Origin: Phaeosaccion multiseriatum
Taxonomy: Eukaryota > Protista > Ochrophyta, other classes
Reading direction: 5' to 3'
DNA: 64,000 nt
Assembly (NCBI GenBank): GCA_965112735.1
Contig: OZ218950.1
Coordinates: forward strand, 62,001 to 126,000
The position numbers and the translations under genes were made by a program. Position 1 is the stretch's first letter, and each line of letters begins with the position of its first letter. A model generated the notes under the pieces. It worked only from the letters and a program-made list of their open reading frames with translations, did not search any database and was not told the origin of the DNA. This document shows, piece by piece, positions 26,174-36,910 of this stretch.

Positions 26174-29100
26174 TACCCGACGTCCAAGCCATCGTTGAGC
26201 GGCCACGCCCTACGCGACCACACCAACAACACCACCACCTCCCCCTTCGCCAACACCATGGCCACACCGTGGTGGGCGCCGGGGCAAGCCCTCGCCCTAC
26301 GCACGAGACAGGCCCCCCGGGGAACCGCACCAGGACCGCCACCACCCCCCGCCCAAAGCGACGCAACCACACCCAGCCCACCAACACCGGAGGACAACCC
26401 CAACAACGCCCGAGTGTACCGAAGACACCCCGACAATGGAAACATTCAAGGGGGCATCCTCTGCAACTTTGGCGAATGCCACGACACCTTCGTCACGGTA
26501 GGCAACACAAGAGACCGCCTCATCAGGCACCAGTCGAGCCACCACCCGAACCGCGGCAGAGAGTGGGACCGATGGATGCGCGAACACCACCCCCAGGCCG
26601 CGTCAATCCTGTGGTACCGCGCCAACGGCCCACAGAGCGGACCACAGAATAATACGTACCAGCTCCGGGACTGCACAAGTGGATGCGGCAACCTGGCCCA
26701 CCGAAACTCCGGCAGATCCTTCCTTACCCGCTTCCCGCAATCAGGCCTACGACAACCCCTATGCAACGCCTGCATACGAGCACACGAAGCCGCAAGCCTA
26801 CCAGCACCGCCAACCATCCAACGAGCTCGAAGCATGCCCCCACCGACAAGAGCAGATGGGACAGACACTACACGAGAGCACGACCCGGAGGGAGAAGGGA
26901 GAGGAGAGCGAGCGGGACACAGGGGAGGGGGACGAGGAGACCGCGACGGAAGAGTAGTAGCAGGGGGGGAAGAGGGCGAAAACAGCAGAGGCGGAGGAGA
27001 GCGCCCAGCACTGGCACGGGAAGCAGCGGCAGAAGGAGGGGAAGGGCAAGCAGCGGGAGGAGGTGACGAAGCAGAAGGAGGAGGCGACCCCACCAACAAC
27101 GAGGAGCTACCCAACTGCCCGGTGTGTATGGAACCGCTCACTGGCCAAGCACAAGTCGCCATGCACGAAGACGAACATCACGTGCACAACCACTGCGCAT
27201 TGGGAGTCATGAGCACGTACCCCAACCGCAACGACCACCTCTGCCCCTACTGCCGCAACCCCTGCTACCGGCACACGATCGAGCAGGCCATCACAGCACA
27301 AGGAGGGAGAGCTATGGGCCGCGCAAGGGATCGCCTAGCGAGGGAGCGCAGAGAGTCGCATCAGCAGCACGCGCAGGCCAGCCAAGGACGGCGCCGCCAG
27401 TCCCAGCCACCCCCCACCACCCGACACACACCCCCACCCCAACCTACCGCCCCCCCAGCCCCGATATGCTGCATATGCATGTCTGACGCGGACCCCCCTT
27501 TCATCGCACCAACCACGGAGTGGCCAGTACGCACCCGACGCTGCCAACACACCGTTCACCCCGCGTGCCTCCTTCACCACCTGAACGACCAAGCCACACT
27601 GAGGAGAGCCAACCAACAGCCCGTCATACCACCAGGCAACCTCCCCTGCCCCGCGCAAGGCTGCATGGCTGGCTACCAAGCTCAACGAGCCATCCCCGCC
27701 CTCAGGACCATCCTCACCCAAGGCAACGCAGCATCGGCCTACCAAGGCCCCCTCAACGACCTCGAGAACGCCTATCTAGGCCCAGACCCAAACGAGGACC
27801 CGTCGCGTACGGCAACGCCCCAGCACACGACAGCAACGGCCAGGCTCAACCCGTACCAACCCACCACCCCCACGGGCAGAGGAGGAGGGCGAGGGCACGC
27901 GGAAGGAGGAGGAGGAGGAGGAGGAGCAATCGCAGCAGCGCCAAGTGGAGTAGAAGGAGGAAGAGGAGGACGAGGGAGGGGGGAAGGAAACGGACAAGGA
28001 GCAGCAGCAGAGAGGGGACCTCAGAGAGAAAGGGCAGGGGGAGATAGCACACGCACGCAAGGAACCACAGCAGTAGCAGCGAGACGAGGGGGAGGAGGAC
28101 GGAGCAGAGGCCAAGGAGGTAGCGGCGGGGACGGAGGGGACGGAGAAGGGCCAGCCAACGACGACACACCCGGGGAAGGATGGCCCATGCAGCACCCAAA
28201 CGTCCTCCGCCTAGGGGCCCTGGACCCGCAGGGTACCATCCTCTCAACACTCGTGTTTGAGACAGTAGCGCAGTGCAACCCCCGCCACGTCAGCTCGATT
28301 ATCAGCTTACAGCAAAGAGCGCTCAACAACTGGAACAGGGCGCTGAGGACCCACAAGAACGGCCCCACCGACGCCACCCTCCACACCCTTCTGGCATGGG
28401 ATGTCTTCCACCACCTCCTCCCTGCCATGCTCTTCTCTAAAGACGGAGCCTACAGCCGCCAGCAGCGGATACAGATGGTCCTCGACCTCGACATCGCCCC
28501 ACTCGCACAAGCAGCGATAGCCACAGCACACGCACGCCGCCCACCACCCCCAGCACAGGCACAGACAGAGGAGCGACGGAGAGAAACCTGCGCCCACCTG
28601 CTCACCAAACCCGGAGGCCTGCACAAGGCCGCGGCGAGGCTCAGCACAAAGAGCAGAGACGGCCACCTCCCTCCCACACACGAGACCTTTAGACGCCTCC
28701 AGCAAGCGCACGTCGACGAGAGCCTCGAAGAGATCAACACAGCAGCAGCAGCAGCCAGGGAGTACGCCAGAACCCAGGTGCAGGAGCACCCCGAGAATGG
28801 CAACGACGTCACCAGAGAGGAGATCAGCACAGCCATGCTGCTGACCTACCGGAGGGTCAACTTCTGGAAGGGCCAAGGAGCAGACGGGCGCAGGGCGAGC
28901 CACGTCAAGTACCCCCCGGACAGCCCCCAGGAGTACGCAATCGTGGAGGCTCTGACTGACACCTACGAGCTGCTCCGAACGGGGGACACTCCACTGCCTC
29001 CACAGCTCGCCAAACGGTGGTTCAGCACCAGCGCCGCAGCCCTCGGCGAGAAAGCGCGTCCTGTGACATCCCCCAACCTCTACCGCAGCCTCGTGGAGAG

Positions 29101-31760
29101 CTGTCACATGAAGCTCATCGCGGACAGGGTGGGCCCAGAGCTCAGAAGCGCAGGACAGCTAGCGGTAGCGGTCAGAGGCGGAGGGGAAACACACGCCGCA
29201 GCAGCCCAGCTAGCGCACGATGCCGGCAAAACCGTCGTGCTGCATGACATCACCAAGGCCTACACCCGCGTGTCGCGTGCCAGAGGCGTCCTAGCCTCAG
29301 GAGCACTCCCTACCATCGACCCAGCAGGCATCAACTACGCCATCGCCAGCCTCTCCCACGCCTCCGCCCACAACGCCCTCACACCAGACGGCACCCAGAC
29401 CATCCACCAGAGCTCCGGAGTCAACCAAGGAGCACCAGAAGGGCCTCTCATGTTCGCAGCCGCCATCCACCCAGTGCTGAAAGTTCAGAACACAGCCGAC
29501 ACCGCAGCGAACCGCCCCACCATCTCCGCCTACGCAGACGACCTCATGGACCAGCTGGAACCCGACGCACCCCTAGAGACCTACGCCCCACGACATGCCC
29601 ATCTCCAAGCCCAATTCCGAGGCTTGGGCCTCGAGTTCAACGAGAGGAAAACGGTTTACCTCATGGGCAAGGGCAAGCAGCCAACACAGGCTGACAGGGA
29701 CCACGCCCAACGGCAGGGCGCCACACTAGCCACCGAGGGTACCGTGGTAGCCGGCATCCCCGTCGGCACGGAGGAGTACATCGAAGAGTACCTCCGCAAC
29801 ATCCTCGGCCAAGAAGACCCCAGGGGCTACCTCCAACTCGCCAAACACTGCAGCGAGTGGGACAACACCCAGGCGGCCACCCTCGTCCTCCTCCAATGCC
29901 TCCCAGCCAGGCTCACACACCTGGCGAGAGCCATTGACCCCTCCATCTTCCGACGCGCCCTCGGCAGCAGGGCAGACCGCACCAACAGGGCGACACTGGC
30001 CCACATCATGCGACTCCCCGATGCCCCCCCTCTGGAGCAGGCCGCAGATGCACAAGAGGAGCCATGGACGGAGACACAGCGCCTACAAATGCATACGGCA
30101 CGACGCTTCGGCGGCCTCGGCCTCACCAGCCTCCACGACATCGCCCCAGCAGCATACCTTGGCAACAAGATGCTCACCCTCCCCCCCCTGCTCAGCCGCA
30201 CCGCACGCCGGGAAGGCTCCCAAGAGAGCGCCCTACCGGACCAGCTGTTCACCAACGGAGCCCTCAAGAGCGTCGCCGACAGCGTCAACCTCCTGCACGA
30301 GGAGGGGGTCCCTGAGGCCCCCCTCATCCAAGCAGTGGGTCAGGCACAGTTCGACGAGGCCCGCTCACGCGTACTCGAGCCGCCTGACCACCAAGCCCAA
30401 GACACAGCGCGACGCAACGTGCGCAGGAGCCATCAGGCAGGCCGTCAACCGACCCACGGCGTCCAGAAGGCCCTCACCACCTTCATCCACAAACGCCGCC
30501 ATGAGGAGCTGACGCAGAGCATCGCCACCATCGACGTCACACCGGCAGAGGCACAGAGGGGAGAGGAGACACAGGAAATGGCAACAGCCCGACTCCACTC
30601 ACAGCGAGGAAGGGGCGCCATGGCCTTCCTCGGAGCGCTCCCCCACGGCCACAACACCATGGCCCCCGCAGAATGGACCATGGCCCTTCGTCGCAACCTC
30701 GGTGTCAACACGCCATAAGCGGACCCGCCCCCACCCTGCCTCGGCACAGGCTGCGCCCGCACGGCAAGCACCACCCACGCCACCATCTGCCCCCGCACAG
30801 GCCTCCACAACCACACACACCACCTCCTCGTCAAGGCCTTCGGGAGGATGATGCACAGCGTGGGCATTGGAGGAGCACGTGTAGAGGACCAGACCTGCTT
30901 CGACGGCCCCACGGGCACCCGAGCAGGCCGAGACCTACGCATGGACCTGACCTATCCCGCAGGTAGCTTCCCGGGAGCGGACGCACCCCTGCGGAGAAAC
31001 CTCCTCTGCGACATCACCGTCACCAACCCCACCGCCCCCACCCACGTGGGACGGGCCTCCACCACGCCAGGCCACGCAGCAGCCGCCGCCGAAGAACGCA
31101 AGCGCACACACTACCTGGGCAGTTTTCTGCCCGGGACTTCAACCCTGAAGTGCATTGCAATCGAGACGTACGGCAGACTGGGCCACCAAACGGACGAGCT
31201 CATCGAGGCGATGGCCATCCACAAGGCATCAAGAGGGCTCGGCCCCGCAGCGGCGGCAGCCACGGGCCCCATCAAGGGCCTCCTGCGCCAACAACTGTCC
31301 CTCGCCCTTCAACGCGCCCTCTCACAGCGGGAGATCAGGTATGGCACCCTCCTTCGAGCCACGATGACGCAGCACGAAGCAGCAGAAACCCTCGACTGGG
31401 GGCTCATGGGAGCCATCGACGGAGCGGCCGCCTGAGGAGCCGGAGTACACCAGCCAGCAGACAGCGAGACCATCAGCACACAGCATAGCAACCACAGTTA
31501 GTCACGCCTTGTCACCCGCACCACCCACAGTAGGATAGTTCACATATCACCTCCACCACCTCACTCCTTCCCACACCCCTTCATCTCCTCCTCCCCCCTT
31601 CACTCCCTTCCCATTCCCCATTATCCTCTACTCTACCACCCTTACCATCCTCTTCCCCTCCACATCACGCTCCATCTATACCACACATACACACATCTAC
31701 ACATGGTTACAACTTACCTCGAGCGCTCCAATACTGAGCCCATAAGCTCTAATATACATC
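26174..31760 (+). mobile_element. Non-LTR retrotransposon, RLE type (CRE-clade-like), ~5.6 kb, apparently full length
   Basis: Flanked by direct repeat TCGCACCCCT (26164-26173 and 31761-31770). Absent from the sister array units. Single long RT+RLE reading frame, no introns, A/C-rich plus strand. Confidence 0.92.
26258..31435 (+). CDS. Retrotransposon polyprotein: C2H2-like finger, two RING-like domains, reverse transcriptase, CCHC knuckle, restriction-like endonuclease; one in-frame TAA at 30716-30718
   Basis: RT motifs ARPVT, GQLAVAVRGGGE, HDITKAYTRVSR, GVNQGAPEGP, YADD (29531-29542), GLEFNERKT, GIPVG, GGLGL. After the stop, in the same frame: CLGTGCARTASTTHATIC, LRMDL, LLCDIT, AEERKRTHY, IAIETYGRLG. 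Confidence 0.9.
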
Positions 31761-32098
31761 TCGCACCCCTCAACAGTACACCTCTTCCGTACCACCACAG
31801 CTCCGTGGGCCAGGCAAAGTCCTCCTTGGACCCGCTGCTTGTCGCATCCCTCAACAGTACACCCCTTCACCACAGCCCCGTGGGCCAGGCAAAGTCCTCC
31901 CCGTTGCGACTGCTTCTCGCACCCCTCAACAGTACACCCCTTCACCACAGCCCCGTGCCCAACGCAAAGTCCTCCTTGGATCCGTACCTTATCGCATCCC
32001 TCAACAGTACACCTCTTCAGCACAGCTCCATGCCTAACGCAAAGCCCTCCTTGGACCCGATGCTTGTCACACCCTTCAATGCTACACCGCTTCCGCAT
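31761..32098 (-). pseudogene. Zinc-finger repeat gene copy 2, 5' part (upstream of retrotransposon insertion)
   Basis: MRKRCSIEGCDKH... four full fingers plus CTVEGC. Removing the insertion and one TSD copy restores the frame with 25437-26173. Confidence 0.88.
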
Positions 32099-34417
32099 TT
32101 TCACAACTCCGCGCCCTTCAAACAATCCTCCTTGCACCTCCTTTGCGTTTCTTCAACAGGTCCAAATCCACCTTAGGGCATAAGGGGCTTCAAGTCCATC
32201 CACTGCGTCTGCTCTTTCACTGCCTCTCTCGATCCACCTGAGAAATAGGGTCTTATCCTGACGAGGAGTGACAATTGAATGCTTCAGTCTGAAGACATAA
32301 GGGGGTTCCCAAGCGCCTGGCCCAAGTGGTAACGACACCAGGGAACTCCAGAACCAAACGAATGCTTGTTACGCCAACTCGAACGAAGTCCGCGCGCCGC
32401 CGTCTGAAGTCAGGGAGGGGGGAAGATGGGAAGAAGGGAGGAGCCCAGGAACATGCGATATAGTTTCAGTTCCCGTTTATAGGCCCGACCCTTCCCCCCC
32501 TTTTCCCTTCTCAACCATGTATAAACCGACCTACCCCCCGTCTGTGGCACCGGGAGTGGAAGGGACAGTTTGTGCAAAACACGTACGATAGCAGTGAGGG
32601 ACGAGAGTGAATTATCCAAATGAAAGGCTTAATGGCTGATGTACCACCTGGCTGAGAGGTGGGCGAGGAAAGAGGAGGGAAAGGCCCATCACCATCAAGG
32701 AATTCTTAAGCTCTACCTCTGCGATGCTCCCTTCCATCTGCCCAGTCTGACGAGCCTGTACCTCATGGAAGGCTTGCCGTTGCCAGCACCGGTGCTGATG
32801 CCCCTCCCCTCCCCCCTCCCCCCTGCCGCACCGCACCAGCTACAACGCGCTGCTGACGACAAGCGCCAAAAACAAAGCACTTGCTGCTTTCTAATCCCCC
32901 ACCAGCTTCTGCTGCTGCGCCTGCAGTTGTTGCTCGCTGCTGCTGCGATTGGTCTTACCACTGCTCGTGCTGCTACTCCAGTGGATTCAGTCGCCCCGCT
33001 CGCCGCCCCTTGACCCTCCAGCCTCCCTCATCTTCTATTCCAGCTTCTTCCCTGAAGACGACTGCCTACACCCAACGGAGGATGCTCACCCCTTGACCCC
33101 CTGCGGGAGCCTAATCGGACATCGTTCCAACGCGTCTTCTCAGCTCGCTCCACGCCCCCCTCTCCCTTCCTTCGCTTTCTCTGATTCGCTCGCCCCTCCT
33201 ACTACGCTGAGCCCACGGCTGTCCTCTCCTCTCCGACTCGACCCTTTTGCTGCCCATCGGTGTGACGGGTGGATGGCGTCGGCCTACATCCATAGATACA
33301 TCCCTCTATGTTTCCCCCCTCTCGTGGTCCCTGTTGCACCTTCACTGACTTACAACCGAGTGATGATGGCGTTCAGCTCCTCGTCGTACACTTTATAGCC
33401 CGCCGCCTACCGAGGGGATGGCAGTGGATGGGCCGAGGGGAGGGGGAAGAGGATACACGAGAGAGTGATTACTTAGAGTTCCAGTTCCAAAGAAGTGTGG
33501 AACAAGGAAGCAAGGGAGACAACATACGACTTCTGCTCTTGCTGCTGTATCCACTGCCATTCCCTGTCTCAATCCATCCACCTGCGTGTCCCTCCCCATC
33601 CACTGCCACCCCTTGAGGGCGGAGAGCAAAGACAATAACACACGAATACACAGTGGAGAGAGAGAGAGAAGAGGGAAGGCGTGCATGGACAGGAACAAGG
33701 ATGGCAAGAGCACCCGACTGGTGTTGAGAGAGGGGGGCCAGGGGGGGCAACAGAGATCCCAGAGGTGGTGGAGTGGAGTGGTGTGGTGTGAAGAGAGGAG
33801 AGGCATCCACCCTCTTGACTAGTTAGGCTCGTGCAGTGGAGTGGAGGCTTGGAGGCTCTATTGCAGTGGAGAGGTGGAGTTGAGTGAGTTGGAGAGGAGT
33901 GGGGTAAAGTGGGGTGATGTGCAGAGAGGAGACGAGTCCACGCCTGACTTTGCGGCCATGCCTGGACTTGACTCCTCTCTTCACACACACACACACACAC
34001 ACACACACGGGGCAGGGCTGCAGTAGACACGAGAGGGAGTGCAATCAATCAATCAATCAATCCATACACTTATCATCAAGTAAGCTTACGTACCCCATCC
34101 CCCCAGCGGCCTCGTCTTCAAGTCACTTCAAGCCCCCTCCTCGGATTCTGTGTGCCATCCATCTACCATCAAGCCTTCCTTCTATACCTGTAACCGATGT
34201 CGTGCCAAGTCATCTCTGCAGCTCCAGCGCCAAGACACACACAGCGTGCCCGTAGGCTGCCAAGTCCATTGTGAATGTTAAAACCATTCGTTCGCCCCCC
34301 CCCCCCCGCAGTGAAGCACAGTGTGTGGCGAGTGGGGCAATTCACTTCAATTGACTTACTCTACGGTTCGCCCATTGCACGTGCCAAGCTTCACTGCGGA
34401 TTAAGGCCATCGGGTCA

Positions 34418-35413
34418 CTAAATCCCAAGTCCCGAGGTATCAGCAGCAGGGCCCTCCACACGCACGCACGCTCGCAGCGCTTTCCGTCCGCGCCTCTTCT
34501 TCCCACTCGCCGTCACCATGCTCTCCTCCAGCACCGCCCACTCCTCCTTCAGCTTGTCGTCATCATCATCCTCCCCTACTCCTCCTGCGCGATAGCGGCG
34601 GTAGGCAGACACAAAGCCTCGGATCGTGCTCTCCAGGCTCGCCCCCTTCCTCTTTGTGCGCACAGCGAGGTGGGGCAGCAGCAACACTTTACTCCGGCCC
34701 ACAGCCACCACCACGCCATTCGATAGCTCCCTGTCCCGACGGCCGCAGAAGGCCGTGGCAGCATCAGCCCCGCCATCTTCCAGCCCTCTCCACAGGTCAC
34801 AGGGCAGTTGAACCTCGTCCCCGACATGAAGCCCCAGCCCCGCAAGCAAACCCACCCCATTCCCATCCTCCAGTGCCTCCTTCCTCTCCTCCCCTCCCCC
34901 AGGCATTGAAGGGGCGCATTTCGCCCTCTTGCTTCCTCTCCCATTGACGTCCTCCGGAGCTCCTCGCTTGGGCACAGGCGTACACGGGGCAATCTCCTCC
35001 TTCTGCTCCGCTCCCTCCCTCTTCACTCGTGCATGCCTCAGGCACATCCCACCTTGCTTCCGCTGCTTATCGCACCCCTCAACAGTACACCTCTTCCGTA
35101 CCACCACAGCGCCGTGCCCAACGCAAAGTCCTCCATGGATCCGCTGCTTCTTACACCCCTCAACAGTACACACCTTCCGTACCACCACAGCGCCGTGCCC
35201 TTTGCAAAGTCCTCCTTGGACCCGTACCTTATCGCACCCCTCAACAGTACACCTCTTCACCACAGCCCCATGCCCAATGCAAAGTCCTCCTTGGACCCGA
35301 TACTTGTCGCACCCCTCCACAGTACACCCCTTCAGCACAGCCCCGTGCCCAACGCAAAGTCCTCCCTGTTTCGACTGCTTCTCGCACCCCTCCACAGTAC
35401 ACTTTTTCGGCAT
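34418..35413 (-). CDS. WRKY19-like C3H zinc-finger repeat protein, copy 3 (5 repeats, intact) with unknown C-terminal domain
   Basis: Uninterrupted ORF MPKKCTVEGCEKQ...; five CX4CX9CX2H repeats, a basic linker and a ~140-aa C-terminal region. Confidence 0.85.
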   Translation of the reverse strand: MPKKCTVEGCEKQSKQGGLCVGHGAVLKGCTVEGCDKYRVQGGLCIGHGAVVKRCTVEGCDKVRVQGGLCKGHGAVVVRKVCTVEGCKKQRIHGGLCVGHGAVVVRKRCTVEGCDKQRKQGGMCLRHARVKREGAEQKEEIAPCTPVPKRGAPEDVNGRGSKRAKCAPSMPGGGEERKEALEDGNGVGLLAGLGLHVGDEVQLPCDLWRGLEDGGADAATAFCGRRDRELSNGVVVAVGRSKVLLLPHLAVRTKRKGASLESTIRGFVSAYRRYRAGGVGEDDDDDKLKEEWAVLEESMVTASGKKRRGRKALRACVRVEGPAADTSGLGI

Positions 35414-36910
35414 TTTCACAACTCCGCGCCCTTCAAACAATCCTCCTTGCACCTCCTTTGCGTTTCTTCAACAGGTCCAAATCCAACTTAGGGCATAACG
35501 CGCTTCAAGTCCATCCACTGCGTCTGCTCTTTCACTGTCTCTCTCGATCCACCTGAGAAACAGGGTCTTATTAGGAGTGAAAATTGAAAATTGAATGCTT
35601 CAGTATGAAGACATAAGGGGGGGGGTTCCCAAGCGCCTGGCCCAAGTGGTAACGACACCAGGGTACTCGAGAACCAAACGAATGCTTGTTACGCCAACTC
35701 GAACGCTTCCAACAAGTCCGCGCCGCCGTCAGAAGTCAGGGAGGGGGGAAGATGGGGAGAGGGGAAGAAGGGAGGAGCCCAGGAACATGCGATTTAGTTT
35801 CAGTTTCCGTTCATTGGCCCGAGCCTTGTTGCCCCCTTTGCTGGTTATATAATCCGACCTCCCCCCCGTCTGTGACACCGGGAGTGGAAGGGACAGTTTG
35901 TGCAAAGCACGTACGATAGCAGTGAGGCGAGAGTGAATTATCGAAATTAAAGGCTTAACGGCTTATGTGCCACCTGAGAGGTGGGCGAGGAAAGAGGAGG
36001 GAAAGGCCCATCACCATCAAGGAGAATACGAGCAATTCTTAAGCTAAGCTCTACCTCTGCGATGCTCCCTTCCATCTGCCCAGTCTGACGAGCCTGCACC
36101 TCATGGAAAGCTTGCCGTTGCCAGCACCGGTGCTCATGCCCCTCCCCTCCCCCCTCCCCCCTGCCGCACCGCACCAGCTACAACGCGCTGCTGACGACAA
36201 GCGCCAAAAACAAAGCACTTGCTGCTTTCCAATCCCCCACCAGCTACTGCTGCTGCGTCTGCGGTTGTTGCTCGCTGCTGCTGCGATTGGTCTTACCACT
36301 GCTCGTGCTGCTACTCCAGCCAGTGGATTCAGTCGCCCCGCTCGCCGCCCCTTGCACCCTCCAGCCTCCCTCATCTTCTATTCCAGCTTCTTCCCTGAAG
36401 ACGATTGCCTACACCCAACGGAGGATGCTCACCCCTTGACCCCCTGCGGGAGCCTAATCGGACATCGTTCCAACGCGTCTTCTCAGCTCGCTCCACGCCC
36501 CCCTCTCCCTTCCTTCGCTTTCTCTGACTCGCTCGCCCCTCCTACTACGCTCAGCCCACGGCTGTCTTGTGTGACTCGACCGTTTGCTGCCCATCGAGCC
36601 ACTCTCTTTTACCTTCCCCCTCTCTCCTGGTCCCCGTTGGACCTTCACTGACTTAGCTACAACCGAGTGATTCAGCTGCTCCTCGTCGTACACTTTATAG
36701 CCCGCCGCCTACCAAGGGGATGGCAGTGGATGGGCGGAGGGGAGGGGGAGGAGGATACACGAGAGAGTGATTATTAGTAGAGTTCGAGGAATAAAGAAGG
36801 GGATCAGAAGGGGGGCTAAGAAAAAAGAGTGTATCCACTGCCATCCTCTGTCTCAAACTGAACCCCAAACCGTGTAACGGGATTTCGGAGGTGCAGACGC
36901 AGAATAAGCA

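Larger units (their letters stand above)
21202..36857. repeat. Head-to-tail tandem segmental array of three ~3.4-3.6 kb units
   Basis: Units start AGGCATCCACCCTCTTGA at 21202, 24796 and 33801. They share colinear blocks: (CA)n tract, zinc-finger gene and upstream region. Similarity of unit 3 fades at ~36770-36857. Confidence 0.95.

Noticed and set aside
26048-26257. N-terminal 70 aa of the 1556-aa ORF in the ORF track
   Set aside because: Begins in antisense host zinc-finger sequence outside the TSD-defined element; the first ATG inside the element is 26258
17941-27664. Functional link between the BRCC36 deubiquitinase and the retroelement RING domains
   Set aside because: Proximity only; BRCC36 is a conserved housekeeping gene outside the array
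26174-31760. LTR retrotransposon, telomerase, group II intron, retron or DGR reverse transcriptase
   Set aside because: No LTRs, integrase or protease. The RT followed by a CCHC knuckle and PD-(D/E)xK-like motifs, plus a TSD, fits an RLE non-LTR element.
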